The notes beneath the pieces were generated by a model. That model searched no databases and had not been told where the DNA came from. It was given only the letters and a program-made list of their open reading frames with translations. A DNA stretch of 64,000 nucleotides from Eledone cirrhosa (taxonomy: Eukaryota): assembly GCA_964016885.1 (NCBI GenBank), contig OZ024741.1:97960001-98024000 (forward strand), written 5' to 3'. Within the stretch, counting starts at the first letter, position 1. Every line of letters starts with the position of its first letter. Positions 1 to 16,660 of the stretch are shown here, one piece after another. The translations under genes were made by a program, and so were the position numbers.

Positions 1-336
1 AAACTATATTTATAAAACCATATTTATTTCATCATACATATTTCAAGGATACCACATTAAATTATGGTATGCCTTCATCAGACAAAATACAATATATAAC
101 AGTTTTACAAATAGCTTTGACGTACCCTTTTAAAATACAACCATTAGTTTTGACTATCCAGACAGCCTCCAAAACTAATGGTTGTATTTTAAAAGAGTAC
201 GTCAAAGCTATTTGTAAAACTGTTATATATTGTATTTTGTCTGATGAAGGCATACCATAATTTAATGTGGTATCCCTGAAATATGTATAATGAAATAAAT
301 ATGGTTTTATAAATATAGTTTCCATTTATTAATATC

Positions 337-337
<1 letters not shown>
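1..337 (+). mobile_element. Non-coding fold-back (inverted pLTR-like) element with hammerhead motifs, probably cut by window start
   Basis: Near-perfect inverted arms 1-152 and 170-321, a 17-nt loop, a short unpaired tail, then (TA)n; HHR core in each arm. Confidence 0.75.
227..303 (+). ncRNA. Type I minimal hammerhead ribozyme
   Basis: Stem I TATTTTGT/ATGAAATA; CTGATGA at 241-247; stem II AGGCATACCA..TGGTATCCCT; GAAA at 278-281; short stem III TATGTA; UA cleavage site after 289. The mirror copy on the minus strand (20-95) has UG at the cleavage site. Confidence 0.75.
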
Positions 338-377
<40 letters not shown>

Positions 378-386
378 GTTCAAGAC

Positions 387-424
<38 letters not shown>

Positions 425-478
425 CATACATACATACATACATACATACATACATACATACATACATACATACATACA

Positions 479-529
<51 letters not shown>

Positions 530-559
530 AAGTTAACTTAAAAATATGTCGCTAACAGG

Positions 560-1690
560 TAATATTGATGCTGGCCGCTGGAAACATGAAGTAGTTATTT
601 AGTCGTAGACGTCTTAGGTCACCATTACCAATATACCTATTCTCTTTCCAATCGAAGATAGTAATACTGAGAAATATTATAACCCAATTTCACTATAAAC
701 CTTCAATGTGTTCGTAACATTTGCTGTAATGTGGCATCATCTGCAGTTAGAATAATGCTCCGGTACCAATACTACAAGTCGACAAAGGGGTAAGTATCGA
801 TCAAGTGGTCGTGGCATCGAGATTTTAAGGCATTCCCCATTTCATGTTTGTCAATGAACTGCCTGAAATCACTCGAGTGTTTCGTCCGTGAAGAATTGTT
901 TCGCGTCTGGAGCCACCGGCTCCACCATCCCCTGGCTGCATCGGGCTTAATCCCTCACCCAGTGCAGTTTTGACAAACGTGAAGATCACCCCGGCGGTCA
1001 GGCTACTCTTGTTATTGCTCGCAGCGAGGGGGCGTTTGCCACGTTTATTTTTTCTTTCCTAAGAGTAATCAGACTGGTTGAAAAGAAAAGAAATAATGTT
1101 CCAGGTCTCCGTGAATGAATCTGTAAGTGACTGCCACATTCACCTTCAGTAGGTGGGACCAGACCTCAGCAATAGGGGAAGATATTAAATATTTGAGGGC
1201 GCTGGGTCGCATACTGTTGGCTCCTCTGCTCCTGTTAGTAACAAAGGACTTCATGGCAGTGACGTTGTCTGCCTTGGAGGCTACATTTAACGGATGCCTA
1301 TTCGATGGGTTATTTTTCTGGGGTCTCCGGATGGCTAGGGATGCTTGAGCTGAAAAGGGGCCCAAAACGAATCAGTTGAGTAGAGTACAGTGGTGTCCGA
1401 GGCAATTATTCTGATAGCAGCCTAAACATTACCCAAATTTAGCGTGACATTTCTCCCGTCATGCAATCGTTTTGAACTAGCATCATTGGGTGAGGACTGT
1501 GGATAGGTCTAGGAAGTGGGTGTAGCCTGGTCAGTTACGCCTTGGATAAATGCCTGCCCGATGGTGGAAATGTTGGACCTGACAAAAGCCGTTTGGCGAC
1601 AGTTCGTCTCAATCACCCTAGATTGTAGGAGAGCCCGTGCGAACAGAGTAAAATAGAAACAACTCGGCCAGCGACTTGGTCGAGCCGAGT
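560..1690 (-). pseudogene. Possible degenerate ORF1 (gag-like) region of an L1/Tx1-type LINE
   Basis: GC-richer island. Minus-strand fragments (IAEVWSHLLKVNVAVTYRFIHGDLEHYFF; SLITLRKEKINV..GKRP) resemble a non-LTR ORF1 preceding a zinc knuckle; many stops and frameshifts. Confidence 0.35.
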
Positions 1691-4457
1691 AGAAGCCCTC
1701 TTAACTGAAGATAATAAGGAATCGGCTTTTTCATGTAAATAATTTAAAATGAATTAAATACATAGTCAGTCCATAAACGAGAGTAGCTGCTTATATTCTA
1801 TATCACTTTCTACAGAATTAGATTCAATCTTCGTTGTGTTATGTTGGCAAACATATACAATTCTTTCTGTTTAGCCACGCCAATATAATATTTATAGCTT
1901 GTTTATTTAATTAATTTACACGAGAAGCGCCGGCTTAAACTATATTGGCTTAACCTGTGTTAAATCGTAGGATCAAACATCAAATTTTAGAAATTTATGA
2001 CGTCGAGCTCACTCATAAGAATGTGCTACTTAGCAACTAGATGTATGTGTTTTAATATAGTCACTAATAAAAGTGACTATAAATTCAAAGGTTCGCTGGA
2101 TACTGGTAGAGACGATTTGTCGGTTGCTGAAGCGATTAAAACTATTTTTCGAGACAGAATCATATTTTATATAAACAATAACAGTTGTTAGGTACTGTCA
2201 AATGTACTTTATCGTAATTAATTAATTTCCACAATTAGATTAAGCTCTAAAGATTGAATACCTGAAATGTTATTCTGTCTACATCAAACACTATGAAAAC
2301 GTCAATAAATTGTAGAATACACAAACGTATTTTAATTGTAGGTGAGTGGTGTTCTTCGGGGTTTGAAGAACTTTAATGAAATGTTTAAATTATTAATGAA
2401 ATAACATTAGCAAAATATTGTTTCCATTTATACTTTCCGAATGACATATGATATAGGTCCACATTTTCTATTTGTGTCCATATTTTTGTAAGCAGAATCG
2501 TAGAAATGATAACAAAATCCCGGACATTGGTATATTAGATTTCTCCAGATTTAACCACGTAAGCGCAGGTTAATAGATAATAAATCCTCAGGGGTCGATT
2601 ACAGCTATTAGATTTCCTTACACAATGAGGGCCAAAACTTCACAAGGTACAGCGTGTGACGTATCAGACGATATGGGGAAAATGAAGTGTCCAAAGGAGG
2701 ATCACTGATTATAACCATTCCCTGAAAAGGAAACTTACATGTCAGAACTACAGAACAGTTAACCTAATTTGTTACCCCTTGCAAAGTACTGATAAGAATT
2801 CTTCTAAACAGATTTAACGGAAAGACAGAAGAAAACCTGGCCGAACAACAGGTAGTGTTCAAGACCAAAAAACCTACAGGTGAGCAAATATTTAATATCA
2901 GTTTGCTAAGCAATAAGCATCTGCAGCATGAATCAGACCACATTATTTTTCTCTTGCTGGCCTTGTGCCAAAAGTAGAAACAATTATTTTGCTCAATATT
3001 GACTCTAGAATATTTTAATGTCAGTAGCATCTAAGTGAGTGTCACTAATGAAAGATTAATAAATCTTGAAACAGCGCTGTCTGGCATTCTCTACCGTACC
3101 GAGAAACTTTGTTTTTTCTACTAAACAAATGTCATATGACATGCAATTATTATATTACGGTACGGTGACAAAGGTAGCTTCAATATATATGTTTATTATC
3201 CCTATTCTATAATAGTTCATATGGCACTATACGCGGAGATATATACCTTTCAACATAGGCATTTAGTAATTTTTTAAAGATATTCGCTTCCTTTATGTAA
3301 CATAATTATAAACCTGTCGTAATTATTTCCTGTTTATATCACAATATCACTAAGATTAATGCTTACTTAGAAATTATTTTTTTTTTTTTTTTTTTAATGT
3401 TGATGAGTTTTTCAAGAATAAGATGAAGTTATCTTTGTAACATGAAAACATTCTTAAATCATATCATAAAAACCCATCGGTATTTAAGAGATATATCACT
3501 ATTTAGGACTAAATCAGATGTCCTGATTAAGAACAGACAATAGAAGAAATGGAACTATAAACATCATTCGTCAAAAGGTAAATTTAATCTTATTTAATCT
3601 TGCAAATTTAGTGGGATTCAAATATAATCAATAGAAGTAATCTAGAATCGGGGAATTATTTACGCTGAACAAAATACGTAATTCTTTTAAAGTTTATTAC
3701 TATTTTTGAAAGACGCCTTTAGTCTATGTGCTGCAATGTCGGAATGCAAACATCAACTCATATTCCTTCACAAGTGCGATGTTGTATGCACCATTAAATA
3801 TATATTTACACTGATACAAAATTCGCTTAAGTGATTGTCGCTACTATGAATAGACAGAAGCAATTGTGTGCAACCTTCAACGAAATTACCCATTACCAGA
3901 GGTAGCCACACTTAGTATTTCTTTACCGTGAAGACAATTTAAAATCGTGATATGAATATCATTTGTAGTGGAATGAAGTAAAGTTATGTTTCATGAAGTC
4001 GGGATTTTATCATTATGAGGCACAAACATTACCTTTCTAGCTGTAAAATATTGTCAATATTAAAAATCATTCTAAATATCAAATATAAATACTCATTTAA
4101 ATATTCCATCTGCAAATCCCGGTTTTTAACTGAGTAAAGAATTTATCGGGAACGCCTCATTTTTATAGACATTCATCGTAGCCCAGAAATTTGACAAAAT
4201 ACATTACACAAAATAGCAATGCACTTAGATATAGCTAAACACCATGCAGTCAAATGGTAGCACTGTGAACTCAAATAATTGTTTGCAGTTCCTGATTTGT
4301 CATTAGCATAATTACCATCATTTGACACTGTAATCATCATCATCACTACCTAACCCGGCATCGTAATTTGATCTACCATTACGATCAATATCCTCATCAC
4401 CAACAGCAGCAGGATCGCAATTATAGTCACTTTAACCAATCATTATTATGATAGCCA

Positions 4458-4590
4458 TCCCTTTACGGTCTGAGTTCAAATCCCGTCGAGGTTGACTTTG
4501 CCTTTCATCCTTATGGGGTCGATAAAATAAAGTACCAGTAATGCACTGGGTAATTGCTGGCCTTGTGCCTAAAGTAGAAACAATTATTAT
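4458..4590 (+). mobile_element. 5'-truncated copy of the dominant tRNA-derived SINE
   Basis: GAGTTCAAATCCCG B box plus ..GCCTTTCATCCTTATGGGGTCGATAAAATAAAGTACC..GTAGAAACAATTATT, shared with many copies in the window. Confidence 0.85.
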
Positions 4591-4950
4591 GATAGCTGGC
4601 ATCATGATAAACTAGATATTTAATAACCGAAGGTCCAGCCATGAACATCCCATTATATTCGTTTTAGTTGCCTTCATGAACTATATTTTAGTCGATCATT
4701 TATTTATGATATTTCGGGGATATCGAGATGCTATATATGGCAGGTTTCGATAGAGGATTTCGTTAGCTCATTGAGCTTATTAGTTGTTTTCAATTATCTA
4801 AGAAAAAACATTTGAATTCAATTCGCTATACTTAATGTTTATAAATCATCAATTAGCAACTTCCTAGTCTATTGTTTCTATTAAATACATTCTGTCTGTG
4901 CATAGAGTGGTTGATTTAGTTCCAACACCAGTAATTCACTGTACTGCCTA

Positions 4951-4987
<37 letters not shown>

Positions 4988-5557
4988 TGTGTGTGTTTGT
5001 GTGTGTGTTTGACATGGATGGATGTTCGCTATTACTTTCTCCTGGCGCTGTACATTTCTTGTACAAAGAAGGGAATTACATGCAATCAACAACTACTTGC
5101 GGATCTTTAGTTTTCATATTCTTATTAGTTTTCGTATGTAACAGGTCAAGATTAAGAAATAAATGTTAATAGTTGAAATCGTTTACATTTTTTAAACATT
5201 TTTCTCCATTGACAAATATCTGTTGCATTTTCGTACACATCTTCGTGATGGATTGAAAGGCAAATCTCTGTCTCATTTCCAGATTCCCGTAGCATATAAT
5301 AGAAAAATAGGAAAGGCGAGGGCGAGAAAGAGATACGAAAGTCATTGTTCTACTTTCGATTTTCTCACGTTGTTTCATTAACTTTATTTATTTATTTTTT
5401 TACATTCTGATAATCAATGAGTCAGTTTTGTACAGACATTTAGGACGAGAAAGAGAGATGAAGAGAGAGAGAGAGAGAGAACGGGGAGGGGGGGGGGAGA
5501 AATGGATAATAAGAGAGAGAAATAAAAAGAAAGACAGAAACGGAGAGAGCGCGAAAT

Positions 5558-5651
<94 letters not shown>

Positions 5652-7380
5652 AGTGAGAGAAACTGAAAGAGCGAGAAATATGTGAAAAAATCAAATTATA
5701 GGGAAAATGTATCAATTTCGTAGCTTGAATCTGTTTTGTCACATGTATATTTGCCCCTAAGAAATGTAAATCCGTAATAGGGTATTATTTTCTTCTGATA
5801 CTATGCATTAGATATATATGCACGGCATTCGAGATCTTCTTTGCGTACCATAGGTCACGATTCACAACCTATTTGGTCGGCCAGAATATATGCTGGCCTA
5901 TAATTTATTATTTGCTTTTAAATTCACATGTCTCTTTTCATTATCTTTGGTACAAATTGGAGAATTTCGTGAAATCAACAGCTAGGTAAGTTTCCTTTCT
6001 ATAATTCGTCATTGTTTTCATTTAAATGGTATATAATATTTGATCATCAATTTTAGTATTTCAAACCTTTTGCATATTTTGTGTTTATTGAAGCATAGAT
6101 GAATATTTCGTTATCTTTCCACGTTTCTGCAAGTGTCAGCATCTCTCTTCGTATTATATTCTAACTTTTTGGGATTTGGTAGTAAGTGAGAGGAGTTTAG
6201 ATGGTGACAGACACATCCTCTGCTTTACATGGCTTTATTCATGAATATTTTACTGCCTATATATAATTCCAGCCAACAAATCATCTCATCTCAAGTTGAA
6301 ATAGCCCACATTACAAGTAGAAGTAACACTAAAATATCAGCAGAAACAAAACCAAAATGACAAATCACAAGATTTCGTCTCAAAAAGAAACTCGTATAAT
6401 CATAAGATTAAGTGCCCAAGGGACACATAACACGGAACTAAATGTGCAGCTGCTGAAGCAGCAGAATTTCGCATGAAAAGAAGCTACTGATGATATAATA
6501 ATTAATCTGATGGTGATGGAGACAAGTAGGGTAGTGGTGGTGATGATGAATTGCTAACATATTCAAAACAAGGACATTACTAAGAGTTGAAGTATAAGTA
6601 GAGATACCAAGAAACAAAAGTAAGTAAAAATATGCAACAGTTATATGGACTCTGTTTCACTTTGGACTTTCTATCCAAAACATACTGTATGTTTATTCGA
6701 TGTTTGTGTGTTATTATGAGATATAATTCATATTACTTTAATATAAGTCAGCATATGTGGCATGCGTAGCATTACAATTATTGTGACCAGTCTCCTATTA
6801 ACTAACTTGAACATGATCATGATCAGTTTGATGATCATAATAATCATCTGCGTCATGATGATAATTATATATACGCATACGTATATATATAGAACATATA
6901 TGTAAATTTAGAAATAAACGCTTAGATGTTAAATTGGGCTATACTTTCATAGATGGATCTGTTTAAAAAAATTAAAAAAAGGAAAGCTAACCTTTGATCA
7001 CATTAATTAATATCGATTACCGATTATTGATTATGGTATACATTTTAAGACCATGATTTCCTTCATCTACATGTATTTCACATCGCATTAAAATACTAGT
7101 CACCTACCCATGAAATAATCTTTTAAATAATCTTCATGAAAGGTTAGATAAAAGAGCACAGGCTTTAAGGAGCGCTACAAAATGCTCCAGACGAATCCAT
7201 TTTAGACAAATCAAACTAATTTATATAAATTAGAAGTAGAAATAAGATAATCTTAGATTTAATCAATACACATAAAATGCATATTCATAATGTTTCTCAG
7301 TACGAAGATCTACAAACCCCTGTACAGTGCATCTATAATATGTTTTTTTCCCTCATTTGCTATCCTATTATATATATATA

Positions 7381-7427
<47 letters not shown>

Positions 7428-7432
<5 letters not shown>

Positions 7433-8008
7433 AGTGTAATTTTCTACACAAAACGAAGGTTATAGAGAAAATTGAGGTTGGTAATGGCACATGGAATATA
7501 TAAGAGACAGAATACTTTTTTGTGAAAAAACATAATTTTATAAGGTAAGGAAATAATAAAGGGTATAAAAAATGACCGGTTTCGATGGGTCTGCAAAAGC
7601 CATCTTTTCAAATGTTGATTAATATTAAGAAAAATTAATAATACGAAGAGTTAAAATTTGAGATTTGAAAATTCAAGTATAAAATTCATTGTGGGATTTC
7701 ACACTGCTGTGTCCCTTTCTGGTATACCAGAAAGGGACACAGCAGTCAACCTGTTGTTGCTACCTAGATGAAAACTGCTATGAAATCCCACAATGAATTT
7801 TATACTTGAATTTTCAAATCTCAAATTTTAACTCTTCGTATTATTAATTTTTCTTAATATTAATCAACATTTGAAAAGATGGCTTTTGCAGACCCATCGA
7901 AACCGGTCATTTTTTATACCCTTTATTATTTCCTTACCTTATAAAATTGTTTTTTCACAAAAAAGTATTCTGTCTCTTATATATTCCATGTGCCATTACC
8001 AACCTCAA

Positions 8009-8016
<8 letters not shown>
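7428..8016 (-). mobile_element. Fold-back non-autonomous PLE-like element with a nested perfect palindrome
   Basis: Inverted arms 7464-7701 and 7781-8016; unpaired tail 7428-7463 abuts (TA)n; 44-bp perfect palindrome 7703-7746 in the spacer; HHR-like motif in each arm. Confidence 0.8.
7865..7913 (+). ncRNA. Hammerhead ribozyme variant with U3-A8 core (mirror copy on minus strand at ~7569-7617)
   Basis: TTGAAAA-GATGG(11 nt)CCATC-GAAA-CCGG-TC: stem II intact, palindromic stem III ACCGGT, GUC site; stem I weak. Confidence 0.55.
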
Positions 8017-8096
<80 letters not shown>

Positions 8097-8281
8097 AGAA
8101 ATGCATGGAGAAATGCGTAGAAATGATCAAGTGAGAGCAATGTTGAATTCCGTGGGTCGATACCAGTGAGCTGGGACTCCTACTTAAACTTACCTATACT
8201 AATTATTATCTAGATACATATGACCTTAGCAACCTGTGCCCTACAAGACCAGAAAGAGACAGACCACTCACCATTATCTCA

Positions 8282-9718
8282 ATGGCCCAGAAAACCCACA
8301 CAGAAAGATGGAACGGGTGGGTCAGAGCCATACGGATCCCCGAAAACCAAGATGAACTAAAGAAAATGATTGCACATGCGGTGAGGGCCAGTATAAAACT
8401 AACTCTTAAGGAACATATGTTCAAATTTAATGGAAAAGCATATGCCCAAGAGGAGGGAGCAGCCATTGGTGTTAGCATTGCAGGTGACATAGCTAACCTA
8501 TTCATGGTATGGTGGGACAATAAACTTAAACTTAAACTTAAAGAGCAATTAGAAGACAGCAGCCTCTTAAACCTGATAATGTACTCCCGCTGCGTTGATG
8601 ATATAAACATCGTAGTAAAAACACACCCACTAGAGAACAGTCAGGAATTAGAGAAAAACACCATGGAAAGCATCCAGCAAATAGCTAACTCCATCCACCA
8701 GAGTATTAGAGTTACTATAGACTACCCAAGCAAACACCCCAACCATCGATTACCTGTACTAGACACAGAGCTCTGGTTAAAAACCATTAATGACAAAACA
8801 AATCCTCCATTCCCATTATGCCAAACCCATGACTTCCAAATATCTGATCCACCGAAACTCAGCTATTTCGGATCACACCAAAATCAACATACTGATTGCG
8901 GATTTGGTACGGGTGATGAGAAACGTGTCCCGCATGTGCAACCCAAAAGAACTAGAGAGACACATACAACACTTCATCCACCGTATGCAGTTCTCTGGTT
9001 AAAATCAAAGAGATAAAATCAGAGTATATAGAGTAGCCAGAACCAAATGGGAAAAAAATGTAAATAATGATTCAAATGGGACCTGCCCCTTGTATAGGAG
9101 CAAATTTTGGAATAGAATAGAAAGAACTAGGAATAATGTTAATAGAATAAACTCATCGTATGATAGCAATAAATACCAGAGTGTAATGTTCATCAATACA
9201 ACCCCAGAGGTGAATTAGCTTACAGATTTAGAAGGGCCTTAGATAAACTTAAACTTAATATTAAGATAGTAGAAAGAGCAGGTACCTCCATAAAAACACT
9301 TATTAGCAATACATACCCTTTTCAAAGACCTCCCTGTATAGATAAGAAATTCATAATCTGTAAACTAAGCCCCCATATTAACAGTAAAACTAGAAATGTA
9401 GTATATAGCATAAGATGTACTGAAGGACAATGTAAAGATAAGAATATAGTGTACATAGGCGAGACAGCTCGTAGTATAGGAGAACGGTTAAATGAAACCT
9501 GGCGAGAACTTCAAGATAAAAACGAATCATCAATACTCCACCAACATGCTAGAATAGAACATAAGGGCAAATTAGATAACATAGAAATAAAAATAGAATC
9601 TACGCACAGACAAGAGGCAATGTTTAGACAAATCACAGAGGCAATAAACATAAATGAACTCCAACCAAAATTAAATAGAAAGCATGAATGGAATAGCAAC
9701 ATCACAACTTACATTTAA
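8282..9718 (+). pseudogene. Disrupted PLE reverse transcriptase + GIY-YIG endonuclease ORF
   Basis: ORF pieces 8282-9016, 8790-9002 and 9449-9718 join across a frameshift and stop. Confidence 0.9.
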
Positions 9719-9915
9719 GGACAAAATGAAAACACATACATACATAGAACAAACAACCAACCGGTAACATGTAAATAAACAAATACATAAACAAATAAAA
9801 ATACACACAGACACCCGGATGCAACAAATGCGCAAACTAAGCACACAACACACACACAAACAAGATGGTGTAGGACAGAACAAAGGAGAGGCACAAAACA
9901 AAGAAAAGAATCCCA

Positions 9916-9958
9916 GTCACTGAAGAAGTCAAAGAATGTGTGACGAAAGAACTTTGAC
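9916..9958 (+). ncRNA. Hammerhead ribozyme in PLE-1 pseudo-LTR
   Basis: GTCA-CTGAAGA-A-GTCA(9 nt)TGAC-GAAA-GAAC-TT-TGAC; 4-bp stem I. Confidence 0.6.
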
Positions 9959-10093
9959 AATATATGAACAACCATCCTGTTATCGACCCAACCAACCAAC
10001 CGGAAATTTATAAATTCTTAAATTTATAATAAATTGGAATGAAATCAACTGGTTCGTGTGTTTCTTATTGGCAACATGACCCTCCCAAAGCGT

Positions 10094-10166
<73 letters not shown>

Positions 10167-10168
<2 letters not shown>

Positions 10169-10841
10169 TGGTTACACAACAGTTAGTTCACCATACCGAG
10201 AACAATTTTTTCAACTTAGCGGATCCTCAGGACATGGTTATATACGGAACAGGAAGGACAGCCGTACGAACGCGCATGCGCAGAAACGATCACTTCACAC
10301 AGGCAATACTAAATTGCGTGCTAGAGGTGTAAGAGAGATAACTGAGAAAGTCCGAAAGATTCTAGTTGATAAGAAAATTAGGATGGTGTTGTAATTCAAT
10401 CCTGAGCTTTGAGTTATGTAATAGGTGTTTCCAGACGTGTGGACAACGTGTGAAGAATTCAAATCTTGAGTTTAAGCAATCACTATTGCGTAATCTCTTT
10501 ATAATATTTATTCGTTCATTAATACAAAGTCCACACGACGGAGTGCCCCTTGCGTATGGCTTGGACTTAGTGATGGCTTTCCATTGAAGGGAATAGTCTA
10601 TACTTGCGACCTAAACGGACCATACGTGGCTCGCGAGTTTCGTGGATGAACGACTGTCCGGGTACCTAAAGGTCGACTAAGCGTTCCTTAAATCATGTCC
10701 ATTACGAGCTGAGGATCCGCTAAGGAGAAACAATTGTTCTCGGTATGGTTAACTAACTGCTGTCTAACCACTTCTACCTAACTCGTCCCATGGACTGAGT
10801 GCTCTACCACTACGGATATTACCTTCCAGTTTTCTACCACT
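10167..10841 (+). mobile_element. Non-coding HHR element with inverted terminal pLTR segment and 3' tail
   Basis: 10167-10230 is an imperfect reverse complement of 10709-10772; ~70-bp tail; (TA)n on both sides; no meaningful ORF. Confidence 0.75.
10699..10748 (+). ncRNA. Type I minimal hammerhead ribozyme (intact core)
   Basis: CCATTACGAG-CTGAGGA-TCC(GCTAA)GGA-GAAA-CAATTG-TT-CTCGGTATGG; stem I with internal loop, palindromic stem III, GUU cleavage after 10738. Confidence 0.85.
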
Positions 10842-10859
10842 ATATATATATATACACCT

Positions 10860-13173
10860 TCTCATATCCCAAAAGCTACATTAGTGACACAATTGATATA
10901 CCTAGCGTAAAGGAAACATCAGAATGATAAATGCCCGAACCTCCAGTCCGTTAGTTCATTAATATAGTTTTACAGCGATAAAATACTACATATCATTCTA
11001 TTGGGATATATTTCTCCCCTTTGTTCAACCAAAACTATATGGTTACACTTCGGGCTGAGGAGGGCAAACTCTCCAAGTACCGGTCGCTCTCCGACAGGTT
11101 TTTGATCGTGCCCTTTCACTCTGCCAAAGGGAAGAAATACATGGACATCCTGTCTAAATTTTCTCTTAGACGTAATACTAACGTGAGGCCAAACATTATC
11201 AAATCAGAAATACCTGCACTTAAAAGTATACAAAATGATAAAATAATAATAATTAAACAAGCAGATAAAGGGGTGCAGTTGTTATAATGGATGCTGAATA
11301 CTACAAAGATTTGGTTGAGGAACAACTGAAAGACACAACATTCTATCATGAAATACCGTCAAATGTAGACTACAACATCACGAAGAAGATCAACAACCTG
11401 GCTTCAAAATATCACAATTCTCTTACTGATAAGGAAAGAGACTACATCATAAATTTTGAGCCAAACCCCAGCAACCTGTATCGCCTACCGAAAGTTCATA
11501 AGACAAAAGAAATCCAACTGGCAGTAAAATAACAAAACAGTGAGTACATTAAATTACTACACCCAAAAGACTTAAAACATAGACCTATTATAGCTGGTCC
11601 AATATGCCCTACCCACCGTCTAAGCAATTTTGTTGACATTATTTTTAAACCACTATGTATTCACATACCCAGTACATCCGGGATGATATCGACTTCATGT
11701 CCCATCTTCTCAAAACCACGGAAACGAATTCACTTCTACTTAGTTTTGATGTGGTAAGCCTTTACACCAACATTACTCATGATTTAGGAATAAAGGCGGT
11801 TAAATACTGGGTGGAAAAACATAGAGAAGTGATTCCCACCAGATTCACAGCGCCATTTATATTAGCCGCTGTCAAACTTATTCTGGAAAACAACCCTTTC
11901 TTCTTCAATGGAAATAATTACATCCAAGTTAGAGGCACAGCGATGGGAACGACGTTTGCTCCCGCTTACGCGAACTGTGTAATGGGATACTTAGAACAAC
12001 AACTCTACCAAGAAATAGAGGAAAAATATAGCACTGACTTTAGAAAGTAGATTGAAAAATCTTGGAATCTTGACGACTGTTTCATCATCTGGACAGAATC
12101 TCTAGATACTCTGGATGAGTTCAATATCCTCCTGAATAACCTACACCCATCTCTCCAATTCACAAAAGAGATGAGTAGTACCTAATTACCATACCTAGAT
12201 ATAATGGTAATGAAAAACGACACCACGATTACCACGGATATACATTATAAACACACAGACACCCATCAATATCTGAATTTTAAGTCGTTCCATCCACCTC
12301 ATACAAAACGCAACATGCCATAATTCCTAGCCAGAAGAATTTGTATCATTGTATAAGATACGAATACCAGGAACAAACGCCTAACAGAACTGAGAGAATT
12401 TTTGGTCAAACAAAAATACCCATCTCTACTTATAGAAAATGGCATACAGCGGGCTATAAAAATACCTATACAACAACTTAGGACAACCCAAGGAAGAAGA
12501 AACCAAGAACTGGTAATACAATTTATAATGACAAACAACCCATGTCACCAGAATATCTTCAACACTGCCAAGGCAAACCTACCGGTCATTGCTCAAAGTA
12601 ATGAATTTAAAGGCTTAATCTCAGACCGATTTTTGACTCTTAGTAAAAGACAGCCGAAAAATGTGAAGCAATTACTAACAAAAGCAAAGTTTGACCTTAA
12701 CAACAAAGACCAATCATTCACTGTATCTAAATGCAATGATTAGTTGATGTGGCATATGTGATTCCATACACACCGTTCAATATATGAACACAAAAACTTG
12801 AAAAATATTCCCAAATGCAAATATGAACTGCAAAAGCAGAAATCTAATGTACTGCATTAAATGCCCGAATTGTGAAGAACTATACATCGGGCAAACTGGA
12901 AATGTACTATCGGAACGTGCACGGGTGCACCGACAGAAAATCAGAGACCCAAATGGCTGTCAGATACCCCTGAGTAACCATCTAGCAACATGTAGTCAGG
13001 AAATATTTATAATATTTCCATTCTACAAATTACACAGTCCAAGTGAAATCAAGAGAATAATCAAAGAAAAGAATTGTATTGATAAACTCTAACCCAAGCT
13101 AAATGAACAATAATAATGCTTAGGGATATTACTCCTACTATGACTATGACCATGTCGACTACCACCACTAACT

Positions 13174-13208
<35 letters not shown>

Positions 13209-13700
13209 AAAAATAATAATAAAAGTGATGTTGATGGTGATGATTACGAGAAAATGCTATTTTCATCATTTCTAAAAATAGCAAAACAAGTGATGCCTTG
13301 GATAGGGTCAAATAGAAGTCGTTAGACATGCTCAATAAACCGTGACGCCTAAACCAATCAGCTTTTGTAATCCAGTGAAACTACACACCAATTGGTCGAA
13401 ATACAGTTTGCAAAATATAGCATTCTGTAGCCGCTTTTCACTGTATATAAGGCACAAAATTTACCCATCTCATTACAGCTGAAAATTGCAAACCTGACTG
13501 TCACCACAGAATATGAATCTGAAGATTGCGAAAGCATGAAAGTACTTGTTCAATTAACACTTAACATTTAATACTCTACCATACTATTTCATCCTAATAC
13601 CATTATACATTTTAAAGAATTGTAAATAAAACGAGTAAATCAGACAGAGTTGGAATTCCTTTTATTAATATAATCTTCTATAGACAATCATACACACCCG
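10860..13700 (+). mobile_element. Penelope-like retroelement, degenerate (PLE-2; Neptune-like, tentative)
   Basis: IKQADKG, LYRLPKVHK, RPIIAG, SFDVVSLYTNI, GTAMGTTFAPAYAN, LDD, YKHTDTHQYL, Cys-containing linker, NLMYCIKCPNCEELYIGQT; many stops; 3' HHR. Confidence 0.92.
13514..13552 (+). ncRNA. Hammerhead ribozyme in PLE-2 pseudo-LTR
   Basis: TGAAT-CTGAAGA-TTGC(GAAA)GCAT-GAAA-GTAC-TT-GTTCA; palindromic stem III AGTACT. Confidence 0.8.
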
Positions 13701-13704
13701 TGTA

Positions 13705-16398
<2,694 letters not shown>

Positions 16399-16415
16399 TT
16401 ATTATTATTATTATT

Positions 16416-16595
16416 GTGGATTGGCAGTATCGGTAGAGGGTCGGATGCCATGCTTTCCAGCATAGTTACGTCCCTTTACGATCTGAGTTCAAATCCCGCC
16501 GAGGTTGACTTTGCCTTTCATCCTTACGGGGTCGATAAAATAAAGTACCAGTAATGCACTGGGTAATTGCTGGCCTTGTGCCTAAAGTAGAAACA

Positions 16596-16600
<5 letters not shown>
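16416..16600 (+). mobile_element. Full-length tRNA-derived SINE (~185 bp) with (ATT)n tail
   Basis: A box TGGCAGTATCGG, B box GAGTTCAAATCC, conserved body, tail GTAGAAACA(ATT)n. Confidence 0.9.

Positions 16601-16660
<60 letters not shown>

Larger units (their letters stand above)
8095..10099 (+). mobile_element. Penelope-like retroelement, 5'-truncated and frameshifted (PLE-1)
   Basis: RT motifs FKFNGKAYAQEEGAAIG and SRCVDD (YVDD decayed), LPVLD; thumb HYAKPMTSKYLIH; GIY-YIG NVVY..YIGETARSIGERL; 3' HHR; flanked by (TA)n on both sides. Confidence 0.92.
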
